Assembly (NCBI GenBank): GCA_028534125.1
Contig: CM052818.1
Coordinates: 21,082,001 to 21,146,000 of the forward strand
Source: Lama glama
Taxonomy: Eukaryota
DNA: 64,000 nt
Direction: 5' to 3'
The position numbers and the translations under genes were made by a program. Positions 25,827 through 39,326 of the stretch are shown one piece after another (position 1 is the first letter of the stretch; every line of letters begins with the position of its first letter). Under the pieces are notes generated by a model. That model worked only from the letters and a program-made list of their open reading frames with translations, did not search any database and was not told the origin of the DNA.

Positions 25827-28419
25827 CTGTTTTCCCAACAAGACACTAAAGAGTTTCTACTCTTTGTCAGGTTCTCTGGATATTATTGGGTACAAGTATA
25901 TCTGTGTGTCTTAGATTACAGCATAGTCACATGGTATTCATAGCCAAGTTTTTTTCTCCCCATAAAAAACATTTTTTACATGTTAAACAAATGTTAGATA
26001 AACTGATCAAAACTCTGTGTGTGTGTAGCCCTGCCACAGCCTTACCCACCAGTGCCATTCGGAATGACCACTGCATTAGAGACGGCAATCATTCATCACC
26101 TGCTTTGTCCACATTCCAACTCACAGCCTCTGCTTCTAAGAGGCACGTTGCCCACCCCTCAGCTGACTGCACTCTGGGCAGGTGCCCAGCACGAGGGCAG
26201 CCAAGCCTCAGGCCGGCCAGGGCCCAAGGCCCTGCCTCTCCAAAGTGATCCAGGCCGGTTGGGCCAGTTATATTTCTCTTAAGACACAGAGAAACGGCCA
26301 GCTAGCTTTGGAAACAGAGGCCAAAAGTTGTGCAGAGAGTTGCTACAAGTGAAGGGAGCTGGCAGTCGTGAGGGGCCATGAACAAGGGTGAGGAACAGAA
26401 ACTACAAGTAAGCAGAGAGGAGAAAGGAACAGACAGGCAGACCGAAGGAGAAACGCTGGCAGCGGGCAGGTCTCCAGGACCGCCTTGGTTCCTCCTAGTT
26501 TTCCAGTTCCTGGTCCGTTGGGAGCTCCAGGGCTCACGCTCCTGTAGCAAACCTGCTACAACTGCAGGGACCTTGGGCGTGCCTTTTCTTCCATGGCCTA
26601 TGCTTTGCCCTTTTGCACTTTGGGGCCCCGTCCTGATGGGGCCAAGTAATCTGTGAGTGCATCACAACCAGACTGGCAAGTATAGCTCTTCACCTAAGGA
26701 TTTTTCACTCAAGTATTCCTAAAACTTTCAAAGAGGAGAAAGGGCACCTGACTGGAAGGGCAGGTGTAAAATTTGAAGGAACAGACTCTGCCATCTTGCC
26801 TGTTGGAGAGGGCTCTCTTGGAGGCCTTTGTTTTGCTCTGGGCTTCTTCAGAGTTAGAGGTTACCTCTGATGGGAACCCCCGGAAATAATCAAAGACAGG
26901 AATTAACTTCTCCTGAAGTTAATCTTAAAATGTGGGGATCATACTTTGAACACCCCAACTTTTCCCATCTTCCTTTGACTGAATAGGACCAAACCTTGTT
27001 GGTTGGTCAGAGCTGAACAAGGCAGAGCCTCTTTGGGCTTCTCCTCAACAATCCCTCTGCTGCCTCAAGGCTTCCTTGGGCCTGAAAGACCCATAAATGT
27101 AGGTCTGTGTGTAGAAGCTGGTTTGGGGTCTCGCAGCGAATCCCAACCCCCTGCCCAGCCGTGCTGCATGAGCTCATTCTGCCCCGACGGGGCGACTGAG
27201 AAAATGGTCTGTGAATTTCTCTTCCACTCTGTCAAAATAAGAACAGAAAAAATACACCTCTGCAAAAGTGTTTTCTTTCAGCTTTTATTTGCACACATTC
27301 TGTATAATTATGGTCAGCAAGAGGGCATTTTCCATAGCCACACTGGCAGTATTTTCCACACAAAGGTTTATGCTGGCGGGCAGCCTGCCCTGGAGCTATT
27401 TACTTGTGTGCTGAATAAAAAAACCATCAGACCTATGGCCAGTTAGACCCCAGCAAAATGTTCTCACTTGGACCTCTCCTGTAGCAGGGCGCGTTATTTT
27501 CATTTCCCCACTGCCCCTTGTCCCTCTTCCCTAGGTAAAGTGATTCAATATGGTGCAACCACCTTTACACAACCAACTCTATGGTAGACCTTTCACTTAG
27601 CTACTAATGTCCACATTTTTAAATGCTTCTTCCTAGCCTTCGATATCGTAGAAGTTTCAAATCCAAACTTTACTTCTCACAACGCCATTTCATTCCTTCT
27701 CTCTCCAGTTAAGCCTTTTGCTTCACTGGCTCCTCCCACACCAAACCCATTTCCTCCTTCCGGCCATTTCTCATGCTGTGCCCCACTATCCCAATCCTGA
27801 ATGCCTGCCACCTTCCTTTAGCTCCTCTAAATCCTGCCCACCACTCAGCACCCAGTTCTGTTCTCCTTCTCAGCGAAGCCCTCACTCACTGCTGGAGTCA
27901 TCCCAATTCCTTCTTTCTTCCATGTGTGAGATGGTCACTACCTGCCCATTTTGTAATTAATGAGTCACTAGACAAGTTGATCAAAATATGGACATTGGTT
28001 TATTGCAGAGAGCCATAGCATAAACCAAATAATTCATTTAGCAAGTACTTACTGGGCACCTACATATGTTCAGTCCTGTAGGCTACATTCCATGTCAGAA
28101 AAAGTGTGAGGACTCAGTGACTTAGACCTGCTTCTATCCTTCTATCTCTACTTGCAGAGACCTTTGAGAAAAAAAAAAAAGCTACACATGTGAAAGAACA
28201 ATTCCAGAGCTGGAGCCCAAAGTATGATGGCTTTTCAAGGCAACATGAGGTAGACAAGAAGGTGAGGAGTAGCCAACATCATTTACTAGGGGAGGAGAGA
28301 GGTTGGGAGGCAGTTCTAGCTGACATCACAGTCAACTTTCCACTGTTCATTGGATGGATGGATGGGTGGACGGATGGACATTACTATGAATGAACCAACA
28401 GATGAATGGTCCAAAAGGC

Positions 28420-28530
28420 ATCCATCCATCCATCTATTTAAGAAACATTTATAGAACACTTACCAAGTGCCAGTCATAGAGGATACTTAGGTGGATAAGG
28501 TAGCCTTTGATGAGACTGCAACCTAGTCTG
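28420..28530 (-). mobile_element. L2 3' end fragment
   Basis: (TCCA)n tail, then aaacatttatagaacacttaccaagtgccag (cf. catttattgagcacctactatgtgccag). Confidence 0.75.
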
Positions 28531-28664
28531 ATGGCATGTAAATGCAATCCTAAGTCAACCAACAGTGACTTTAAAAGTTTAAAGAGAAGTAAGAATAGCT
28601 AGGTTTTTTTAAGCACCTATAATATGGTAGGTGTTTTTCAAACATTAATGTTGTAGTTTCCACT

Positions 28665-29197
28665 CTAGGGTGCTGCAGCAAACTCACAGGGGAACTGTGA
28701 ATTATTTTAGATTTTGAAGGAAACGTAATGATACTTGATATCTGTTAGACACTGTGCAAACTACTAGATCAAAATAGTTCACAGTTTTGACGTGAGATCA
28801 CACTACATTCCTTTCGATGATGTCATATCTTGTGGAGCTGGGTCTTTGGTGGCAGCTGCAATAAATAAACAAGAACCACATGAAAATCAGCATGAAACAA
28901 GTGATGAAGGCAGCAGGGTCCCATCAGACCGCAAGGTCTGAGAAGTTGTAGAGTGCCCAAGAGGTGCATACGTCTCATTAAGAAGTAATTGTTGTTAACT
29001 TAGAATGAAATAAAACTATTACTTTTTTTCTTTTACTGTATATGTATTATTTTGTCAGGACATAGATACTTAAGTTGTTTGGTCCTAACTTTTAGTAAAT
29101 GGGACTCTTTCAGGTGTTTCTTAAGCCCTAGAGACAGTGTGAAATAATTACTGTAATACTGAGGACACCATAAACCGAGAAAGCTTGGGAACCTCTG
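28665..29197 (-). mobile_element. MER119-like hAT-Charlie element
   Basis: ctacattcctttcgatgatgtcatatct...gagaagttgtagagtgcccaa...ttgtttggtcctaac...gcttgggaacctctg. Confidence 0.85.
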
Positions 29198-31300
29198 TTT
29201 CATTGCCAATCCTCCCAATTAAATAGCTGGCCAAAGATCCCACAGGTAGTAAATTCAAGAGTCAGGATTCAAACCCAGATCTCTTCTACTGGGAAGATTA
29301 GAGATTTTCTAAAACTGCACATCACTTTTTTTTATAACTATGATGGAAGCTCAGTGGGCTCATCCAGAGATGGATGAGTGGCTGGTGGGGCAGAAGTCAA
29401 AGAAGTGGGGTGGGACCAACAGCTCAGGGAACCCAGGGAACTGGAGGAGAGCCTAGAGGGGCACACTGCGTGGTCACTTTGCTCTGTCACTCTTTTTGTG
29501 CTGAGCTTCCATGGGACCCTGGTCTGGTGGGAGGAAGAAGAAACAAGCCCTCAAAGGTGTACGACAACCAACAACAACCCTGTGATCTTGGTGCTGATCT
29601 CAAGACAGAGGGAGGGTGGTGGGGGGTGCAGAGACCATAATGTTGTCTGAGTCTGCACACATATTGGGGATCAAACAACTTCTCTCGCAGCCTGCTGATT
29701 TAAGAAAACTTAAGTGGCTCCTGTCACTCAAATGACTGGGCTCCTGTCATTTCAGGTGGGCAGAGTCCTGCCAGGATTGTGGGGAGAGTGGAGGCAAATT
29801 CTCTGGAGAGAGAAACTCTCGGGTATTCGGAAAAATTTAGGTCAACATTATTTGAACCCTGACCTCCTGCTCTTTTGTCCCTGGGGGAAGACATTTCCTT
29901 GACCTCCAGAAATTCCTCTGCCCTGAGGGAAGACTCCTCTCCCCTCCCTGCGTCCCCCTCTCCACAGGCCTCCAAAGTGGGCTAGGAACAGTCAGGACAA
30001 GACCCCGGGGAAGTGTGATGGCCTGGCAAGGGTGGAGTGTGAGAGGCTTCGCTGCAAAGATCTTCAAAGGCAAAGCCCAAGGCGCTGAGCACCCCGGGAA
30101 GGTGTGCTCCAGAGGGGAGTGTTCAGGGAGAGCCTGCACACAGGGCCTGGCCAGGGGGAGACCCCCTACTGTGGCAGTGAGCCTGCCTGTAGGAGCCCCG
30201 AGAAGCCTAATTCAATTACCCTTATCAGAATGCCTCTGAACTTAACAAAGCAGATAATCAGTTCCAGAGACAGATACTGTGTGGGGGGCCAAAATTATTT
30301 TGCTTCCCAAAATTGGAGGCTGAAATTGGAGATGTTTGGGTAATGGGAAACATAATCCCTCCCTGGGCCCAACCCCCCTCCAGCACCCACACCTGAGACA
30401 CCCTTACCATTGAGCTAAGGGGACTGGGATTCCCCTTAAGACACCTGGCCATGAACTTGACCTCTTTCCCCCACCCTCTTTGAACTATAGCCAGAAAGAA
30501 GCTGGATAGAGGTACTAGAAGGAGGGGAAAGGGATTAACATTCATCGAGCCCCCCGTGCATGTCAGATTCATCATGCACACTATCTATTTTAAACCACCC
30601 AAAATGCCTTTTGAAGAGAATATTAGTGTCACCACATTCCAGAAGGCAATGGAGATTTGGAAAAGTTAAATCACTGCCTGAGGTCTCACAGGCAACACAG
30701 GTTAGAGTCAAACACCGGTATCAGACTTTTCAACTCGTTAACCGACTAACACAGCCTCTCTGCTCAACATCAGACAGCAGATAGAAACTCACTTATTCAG
30801 GAATCCATGGGGACCCTCCAAGGTACAGTTGTCTCATTTATGGGTAAGGAAATAGACTCAGAAATGCTAAGTAACAGTCCCACGTTCTCACGGCTGGTGA
30901 GCATCTCAGTTAAGCCTTAGCCAGTGAGACTGGAGTCAAAGCCGGGGCTCTCAGTACTAGTTCACAGCTGCCACCCACATTGTTTTCTAGAGACTTCCCA
31001 CAGCCTGAAGTGCAGGGAACGTATCTTTTTATTTTCCCCACTGGGCCTGAGACAGAAGTGGCGTGGGTAGGTGTCTGGGTGCTGGTTAGCCTGGATTACT
31101 GCTCTGTCCAGAGTCTTTCTAACACCAAAGGAGAACTCTCAGCTCCTGTTTATCTTAGAATTGTAGGACACACTATGTCAGCACGGAAAGAACTTCTATC
31201 AGTGCATAGTACCCCCGTATTCATTTATCTAAACTTACTGTTTTTATTAGGTAACATTTGACGTGGACAGAATAGTATCTATGTAAATTACAAAGCATAG

Positions 31301-31718
31301 TGTGTGATCAGGACACTCAAGATGGCTGTTCTGTTCTCTGTACATCCCCCGCTCAGCTAGTCCCTGCTTTACCTATACCCCACTCACATGACTATCCAAT
31401 CCTCTTAATTATAGAGCTTAACCAGTAACTGCCTCTGTGCTTGCCCCCTGCCCCAGCTGCTGGTTTCCCTGGTAACTGATGAGCCAACTTGACATCAGTT
31501 CCCTCTGTAGCTGGTAACCTCCTTCTCTGCCCTAGTAGCAAAGACCACTGCTGTGTTCTACTTGCACAGTGGGGTGTTGCTTGGGGACTATGGCTTCAGA
31601 TGTGTAAGATTCTCTATTCCACAATCACTGATGTCTCTGTCGCTATCTCCCTGCTCTTTCTTCTGTTCCATGGCTGGACAACTACAAGGCTTGCAAGCCT
31701 GTGGGGTACAGCCCAACA
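31301..31718 (+). mobile_element. ERV solo LTR (class III-like), nested in an old L1
   Basis: TG...CA ends (tgtgtgatcaggacactcaagatggc...ggtacagcccaaca) and a 5-bp TSD catag/cagag. Confidence 0.8.
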
Positions 31719-31889
31719 CAGAGTAATCCTAAAACCTGTGAACCCTCCAATCTCCCTTAGAACTAGACCACTACTATTAAGGCTCCTCCCATTCCTTTCT
31801 CCCACCTCTTCTGTAGAAATAAGCACTACCTTGTGTTTATCATTCCCTTGATTATTTTTATAATTTTGCCAAATGAAACAAACTATGTT

Positions 31890-32310
31890 TGTGAGGTAGA
31901 TTACATTATTGTTCCAAGTCCTTTAGACATCCTTTAACATGTGACTTTACAGGTCCTCCCATTAGAGGTGGAATACATTTCCCTGCCCGATCATGCTGGG
32001 TTAGCTTTGGCCAGTAGATGGATTGATGGATGCCAGTTCTGAGCCTAGGTCTTAAAAGGCATCACATGTTTCCACTTTTCTCCTCATATTCCTGCTCTGC
32101 CATGAGAAAAGCATGCCCCAGGTCCTACCTGCTGATGCAAGGAGGATGAGACATGTGGAGCAGACTCAGACCCATCTGAGTCCAGACTAGACCAGCCAAC
32201 TCCCAGCCAATCCGCAGATACCTGGGTGAGAATACATGAATGTTGTAAGCCACTGAGTTTTGGACTAGTTCGTTACACAGCATTATTGTGGCAATGGCTG
32301 ATGATATACA
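31890..32310 (+). mobile_element. MaLR solo LTR (MLT1G/H-like)
   Basis: gccagttctgagcctaggtcttaa...ctgccatgagaaaagcatgcccc...taagccactgagttttgg...gttacacagcattattgtggcaat. Confidence 0.8.
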
Positions 32311-34126
32311 GTGTATCTCTAAAGAGCGTATTATTGACCTTTGCTTATCTTTGAACTTTGGAAAATGATCATTAATATTGCATGTATTGTCTACTGCTTA
32401 CTTTTCTTTCCCACTCAACATTATGTTTCTGAGATTCATCCAATGAATATGATACAGCAAATGAACTACAACAGCAGCCCCCTTAGTTTAGAGATGAGGA
32501 CAGTGAAAGATGCATGGAGCTCATGATGGCTGAGCTGACTTGGGAGCCCAAGTCCTATTTCTTCTGCAAATACCTGTTAAGCATAAGCAGAGCACTTTCC
32601 TCAGTGCTGGGAATATAAAGGTGAACTGGACACAGAAGATTCTTGCCCTCAAGGGCCTTATGTTACAGGAGCCACTTCATGGAAAGAGGGCAGCGCCCAC
32701 CTGTACCTCCCATTGTCTCACTGCCAACGCTTCCTTATCGCCTCTGCCCTGCCAGCCAGTTCCTCTCATCCCATTCACCAACTCTGGTCCCTGAGGCCGA
32801 TGGATCGTGTAACTAAGGCAGCCTGTGAGGAGCACAGGCAGCAACTAGGGAGTGGGTAGCTCTCCTTGGGAGAAGTGCTGGCTGACTGAGTTCCAAGGGC
32901 CAAAGTCATTGGGAAACTCAGGCCTAAGGATTGATTACTCTAGGGAAGCAGGTTTACATGCCTGTAGATGACACGTGTCTGCAGGGAACAGGCAGTTATT
33001 TGGCCGGAGTGGGCCCTGTGGTGAGCTCAGCAGCCCCATGGACTCAGCTCCTAGGGTGACCACTGTCAGAGCAGAACATGTTTGGAAGACAAACGATGAG
33101 AAATATTCCTCACCCTTGAGAATTTTGCAGTCAAACAAGGGAAGCAGGATACACAAAAAATGCAAGGCCTCACACCTCTGCAACCAAAACCAAACATCGC
33201 CGCTCTACCCGGAGCTGAGCGGATACACGCACAGATTGACATGGACGTGCAGATGTCTGGAAGTGGCTGAAGTGACTGGGACCTACTGTCATTCCATCAA
33301 CAGGTGTCTTTTGTTTCTCTACAACATTTGGGGAGTTCTCATGAGAGTTGCCTTTTATGCCATGCTTTGGAAAAATAGAGTAAGAATCACTTCCCATTAA
33401 AACTATCTGAACACAGCCGCATTCTCCCTCAGTGATTCAGAAAGCATTCCAAGGTGTTGCAGGGCCTCAGGGACATCATTAGGAAAATCAGTAACCATAC
33501 AGGATGGGAAGAAATAGCATCCTAATGATATGAGGCTTCACAGTGACCCGACTCTCTCCCAGTCTTATTGTCTTCTCTCTTCTGTTTGGAGATTGCTGAG
33601 GGAGCAGCCACAACTCCAGGCTGAGGGTCGTGTGGACCAGAAAGGTCTAAGGTCAGAGTGGAGAGACCCTTGCTAGGGGAGAGCAGTACTGAGTGGCGTT
33701 TTCCCTGTCTCTCCACCTCGTTGCCATTTGAAAATCCCCATGGCTCTGTTTGGTTGTTTGTTTTGTTTTTTCTATTCCAAAATTAATATTTTCAAAGGCA
33801 GTGACTTCTGCCCCTATGGTTATATGTGAGGGACTCCCCCAGGGAAGGAAGGTCAGGCCTGGCCTGCAATGAAGTAGGTAAGGGGCCAGTGGTCCTCCTT
33901 CAATGGCCCAGATCATGGATGGCTGCCAGGTTAGAGGGCAGCAGAGTGGATGGAAAGAGCCAGAAGTCCTGAGGTCAAGTCCAGTCTTATCACTTCTTAA
34001 AGAGACAATCTTTGCAGTGAAGACTCCTCACCTCCCTGGGCCTTGGTTGTCCCATCTGTAAACAGGGGCTGAGAGCACAGTGGCTTCTGACTATAGATAC
34101 TTCCAACCTTCAAGAACTTATGGGGA

Positions 34127-34183
34127 TACACCAGAAATTGATATAACATAGTAAACTGACTATACCTCAATTAAAAAAAAAAA
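34127..34183 (+). mobile_element. Extremely 5'-truncated L1 (57 bp) with perfect 15-bp TSD
   Basis: L1 terminal sequence plus poly(A), flanked by aagaacttatgggga at 34112-34126 and 34184-34198. Confidence 0.92.
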
Positions 34184-36139
34184 AAGAACTTATGGGGAAA
34201 CCAAATGCTTCCAACGAGGTGACACTGAAAAAGGAAGAAAATGGCAAAATGTATTTGGGCCAAAGTTGAGAAAATGTCAAGTGGCTCTTACCCTCTGTCT
34301 CACAAAATATGGTATATTTTCTTTCTGTCTTACATTCATTCTTGTTATACATGGGTAGTTTTAGTTCCCCAATCGCTTTACTTTTTAGGAGCAAGGAAAA
34401 GCATCACAGAACTCAATGAATTTCAGAACAAATTTTATTATTTAAAATTATTGTAAAATTAGAAGTCATATTTATCTCCATTTATGAGATTAGAATAAAT
34501 ACCTATCAGTTTATTATATGTCATCGACCGCATTTATTTCTCACATTAACATTGTTAGATCGATTCTGTTTCTGTGCCCATTTTACAGATAAGGAAACCA
34601 AGGGACAAGAGAGGTTAAAGGACTTGCTAATGTCCACTTACGTGGTGAAGGGTAGAGCTGAACTTGAACCCAAGTCCTCATACTTAAACTCCTAAACTCT
34701 TCAGAAGTCATTTGGGTCTCTTCTGTTTGTCGTGTGGCACCAACAGTGTAGACTCACAACAGGCAGTCAATCAATAATTATGGGTTGATGGATGCTACAT
34801 AATAGTAAAGTGCCTGACTTAAAAGCTGGGGCAGAATCACACGGCCCTGCGTGATTTTTCTTTTCTCACCCAGGAATGCCCTTGAGCCCCCCTGAGTGCT
34901 TCGGGCTCTCAGAGGGACCCGCCTGGACCTGCTGGCACACAGTTCCAGTCATGTGGCCGGCCGGGCGCCTGCGGTGCCCCTTGCTCAGATGAGAAGCCGG
35001 CGGGCATAGGCCAGGACTGGAAGCCCCCTTTACAAATACATTCCAGTTTGCATTCAGCCCCAGCCGACAGACAGGGCCCTACAAACTGCCTGCCCAGCAA
35101 AACCAGCCAGGAGAAAGCCCTCAGTTCTGCCCACAGGAACTTCACCAGCGAGTCAGCCTGAGGCTGAGGCGCCAGCTCTGCCCACAGGACACCCAGGGGC
35201 AGGAACCCCGGCCAGGCCAGGTCGCATGGACTCCCTGCATTTCATTTGCCCATCAGGGGACTGGAACAAAACTGAAAAGCAGACACCTGGTACAGTTAAG
35301 TTGGTCATCTTAACCACAAATGAGACTGGACAAGTGTTTATCCGGGTCGTACTGACAACTCAATTTGGGAAAGCGTTTGTATGCAGCTCACTGGCACTAG
35401 GCACTTGATTCTCCTGATGACATCAGCTCTGGATTTGGTCACTTTGCTGGCTTACCGTCTTCCATTGACTGTATAAGAGCTCCCTTCCTCCCTGCCCTCC
35501 TCCTTCCCCCATTCATCATCCTTATGGTAGCCCTCGTTTGCTTCTTCATCCACTCACCCAGATCTCGGCTCTGGGTGGGCACCTTGGTCCACTGACATGA
35601 CGCTGCCACGTCCAGCTTCTTAAGCACCACTTTCAACCATCATCCTCTATTCACAAACCCTCAAAGACCTCCCAGTTCCTACTGTAACATATTTGGATCC
35701 AGGCTCCCCTTTAGAGATTTCCAAATGCTTCTACCAGACCCCACCAGCCATCTCTTACTTCTTCCAGCACACACCTTCTGTCTTACTAGACTGCACTCCC
35801 CATTAGCCCGTCACACAGCAGACCAAATCTGACCTCCTGGCCTTGGTTAACGTTGCTCTCCTCACCTGGGATGCCCTTCCTCTGTTCTGTCCTATACTGA
35901 TCCTCCCATCCTCCAAGGCCTCCCACTCAACGGATCCTTTCTAGCTGGCAGTCATCTCTCTCTTCATGGAAACTCCCCAACACTTAGTTGGATTCTGTCT
36001 TGAATTGTTTTTAGACTGTTCCACAACAATCACTCTATGAATAAATATACTATATAAAAAATGAATAGCTCTCTTAGACCTGGTAACCAGAGCCCCAGCA
36101 TGTTAGAAGGCCCTGCTCAGCCTTCATCCAGCCCTTCCC

Positions 36140-36680
36140 TTCCTCTTGGGGTGGTGATTCTGTGGGACCAAGTGAACACACCTCTCGTGAGTCTGCATCC
36201 TTTCTACTCAAACTTATAGTCCCTGTTCCTGACATCAGGACCCTGGACATCCCTGCCCAGACAGCCCTGAATCTATTTCTAGAGCCTGTGGAAGCCTCTT
36301 CCCCAGGTCTCTCTTTCAGAGGATGAGGGGTGGCCAAAGGGAGGCTGTCTGCTGGGAGGTGGGTTTGTGGATGGAGCTCGGACATGTGGGCTGGAGTTTC
36401 CACACGCATATACACAGGCTTTTTGATGGGAGAAGAAGGCAGGTGGCCTCTGCAGGCCAGAATCCCCCAGCTGCCCTTTAGGCCACCCCCTGGAGGATGA
36501 AGCCAAGACAGAGGAAAGTAGAGTAATTTGGAGAGAGAGCGATTGAGCACAGCTAACATTGTTGAAACTGGATTCAGCCTGTGCCTGGACTTTTCAGTTA
36601 AGAAGCCAAAATATTTTCCTTCTTGCCTAAATTCATTTGAGATGGACTTCAGTCACTGGCAAGTAAAACTGATGAATACA
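36140..36680 (+). mobile_element. Old MaLR LTR (MLT1K/L-like)
   Basis: gatgaagccaagacagaggaaag...ctggattcagcctgtgcctggacttttcagtta. Confidence 0.5.
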
Positions 36681-37639
36681 ATCATGATGCAGATGAAGAT
36701 GAGTGATGATGACTGTGGTGGTGGCGGCGGCAGCTAACATTTATGGGACCACTTGAAGGTTCCAGGAACACTGCTTTACCTGCATTAGCTCATGTCTTCC
36801 TCTACCTGCCTCACGAGGGAGCTGATATTATTACCTCTGTTTTCCAAATGAGGAAACAGGGATTCAGAAAGGCAAAGTAACTTGCCCAAGATCACACTGT
36901 ATTCAAACCCAAGGTTATCTACCCCCAAAGCCTGTGCTCTTACTGGCTAAGCTTGTTTTTTATTGGTCACGGTGTGAGCTGGACCATGTGAAAGGCAGGG
37001 AGCTTAGGCAGTGTGTAGGTAGCCGCTGCAGGAGAACCAAGTCTCTCAAAGTGCAGGAAAGCGCAGGGGTCAAGGTCAGGATGCAGCCTGCTCAACCAGA
37101 CGCCCAGCAGTCCTTGTCAGCAGAGGAGGAGAGGAGAAAATGATCCTTCTCCAAAATGCACCTCTCCCTCTCTATCCCTGGTCTAACCTTCTCCTGCAAA
37201 ACTTTGGGAAAAAGGACAAAATTGTGAGTCTAGTACCTTTTAGTGTCTCTGTAGGGCTCAGTCGGTTGTTTTTCCACAAATACACAGAGTAGCTTATAAT
37301 GCCATTGGGTTAAATCCTAATACCGAGCAGAGGCATGTTATAGCCCAGATGATTGAGGCTGGCCAAGTCCAAGTGTCAATCACCCAATACTGAGTACATA
37401 TAGGATATCCCAGACATGGTCCGTGTAGGAGCCTAGCACACACCAGTGAGTAACTAGAACCTCGTAACTTAAACCTGGCCCCTGTATGTGGAGGAGGAAG
37501 CTTCAAACCTCAAGAGGGCTGAGGCTTGAAAGTCTCCTACGGCTACAGGCACACTTGTGAAATCAGTCACCATTTGTATCCCCACTCAGGGAGAGCAAAT
37601 TAAGACCGAAATTAGCACAAGCAGGTATACGTGGTGTGC

Positions 37640-37810
37640 CAGATAGCAGGACTGCCATAAAAGGTTTATGGCCGCAAGCTGGGGATAGCTGCGCGCCGCC
37701 GCCTCTCCTCTGCCACATGTGAGAAATGCTCTCATCCCATTGTCACCGCCATAAAATCTTTATAGAAGAGAGCACATACCTCCCCACTGTCAAGTACTCA
37801 GTGTCACTCA
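37640..37810. promoter_or_regulatory. Candidate CDX/posterior-HOX enhancer
   Basis: Two ATAAA-N3-TTTAT palindromes flanking a CpG patch, with TGTCA (MEIS-type) sites nearby. Confidence 0.45.
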
Positions 37811-39326
37811 CCAAACACTCATGAAGCACGAAGGGCCTTCCCATTTGCAGGTGTGGGTTTTCAAAATCTTCCAGGAAGGTCAACAATCACAGCAGAATAA
37901 TCTCCATGGTGCCTCTTGGAAGGAAAACTCACTCAAGTTCAGCCCCAAGTCTAAATATGTTTTATTCCCTGCCTTTCTTTAGTAGGACACCTGCATAGGA
38001 AGCAAGTGCATTTTCTACCGAGAGCCACTATTTCCAAAAGTGATCCCCATACATCTGTGACATTGAAACTTACCCCTTACCACATGCAACTGTTCCAGTC
38101 ATTCCTTTGAATTTTTCCAGTCACATCCTTATGAACTTTGTTCATAAGTTTATCAATATTTTTGAGCAAAGGGTTAGAGAGGAGAATAAGACAGACTGTC
38201 ATGGAAGTGACAGGGAAGCGGGGATATGAAATGATGCTCATGTGCTCAATTACATTTAAATGCATACAGTTACATTTGTATTAGTCACATTTCAACCAAC
38301 ACAATTGTGATAAGCGTCATGTAGGAAACTTTGAGAGCATGTCAAGGGACTAACCTAGATCTAACAGTCAGCTGCAATTTCTGGGTCCACGGCTCTATCC
38401 TCTGGGCCCAAGTCTCCATCTTCTGCGCCATCTTTCCTTTTTCATGAAAGGTAGCGTGTTTGCAACTGAGTAGTTTTATCAGCCTGCTTCCTGCCTGCAG
38501 ACTTTGGTGCGGGGCGGAGGGGTGTCCAAGACCCTTCTTTGATTTTGTTCTGTCTCTGTCCCTTTTGGTCCAACCTGGCAGTGTTTCTGCTGGGATAAAT
38601 TTCTCAAGAATCTGTCTCTCTCCCACTAGATAAGAAGTCCCTCCACAGATTCCTCCTAAGTAATCCCACTTCTGTTTTTGGCTTCTTCCGAGATGGTTGA
38701 GGGGATCTATGTGGCATACACTTAATCTCTAAAAGCCTTTTGTGAAACCGAATACTCACTTTTTTTTGTTGGTCTGAGGTATTAGCAAGAGGTTGTCTGA
38801 CTACACTCAGCTTTTTTCAGGTAATACTCTTCCCTGACAGGGAGTCTCTTAATTTTATTGTCTTTTGCAATCTGGTTAAGATGAGAATTTCCCAAATCAT
38901 GAAGTCCTGGATCTTTTTTTTAAAAATAACAAATAGTTCTTACTTCAATTGACCTCTTTTCTCTTACATTTTACCAGAAACAGCAAGAAAAACTAGGTCA
39001 AACTTTGAACATTGCACTTGGAACTTTCAGCTCGATGTCGAATTCTATCATTTACTACTTCTGCTTTCCACATTACTGCAGGACACAATTTTGTTAAGCT
39101 CTCTGTCATAATTTAACAGAATTCCCTTTCCTCCATGTTATTCTTCCAGTAAAATGTTCCTCCTCATCTTCTCAGCCTTCTACAGCACCACCTCGAAGGC
39201 CACGTCTCTCCTAACAGTCTGTCGGTGATGATGTAGCTATGATCGAAGGCCAGTGGAGTTTTCCCTACTATGCTTCTCATTTCCTTCTGAGTCCTCATTA
39301 GACAAGTTATTACCATCTATATTTCT

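Noticed and set aside
26378..26413. ATG-initiated first coding exon MNKGEEQKLQ followed by GTAAGC
   Set aside because: The peptide is not recognised, and there is no clear promoter or downstream coding exon.
28351..28435. (TGGA)n...(TCCA)n inverted arms as an L2-derived miRNA hairpin
   Set aside because: The arms are only about 13 nt of simple repeat, and the long intervening sequence is mostly unpaired. It does not resemble a pre-miRNA.
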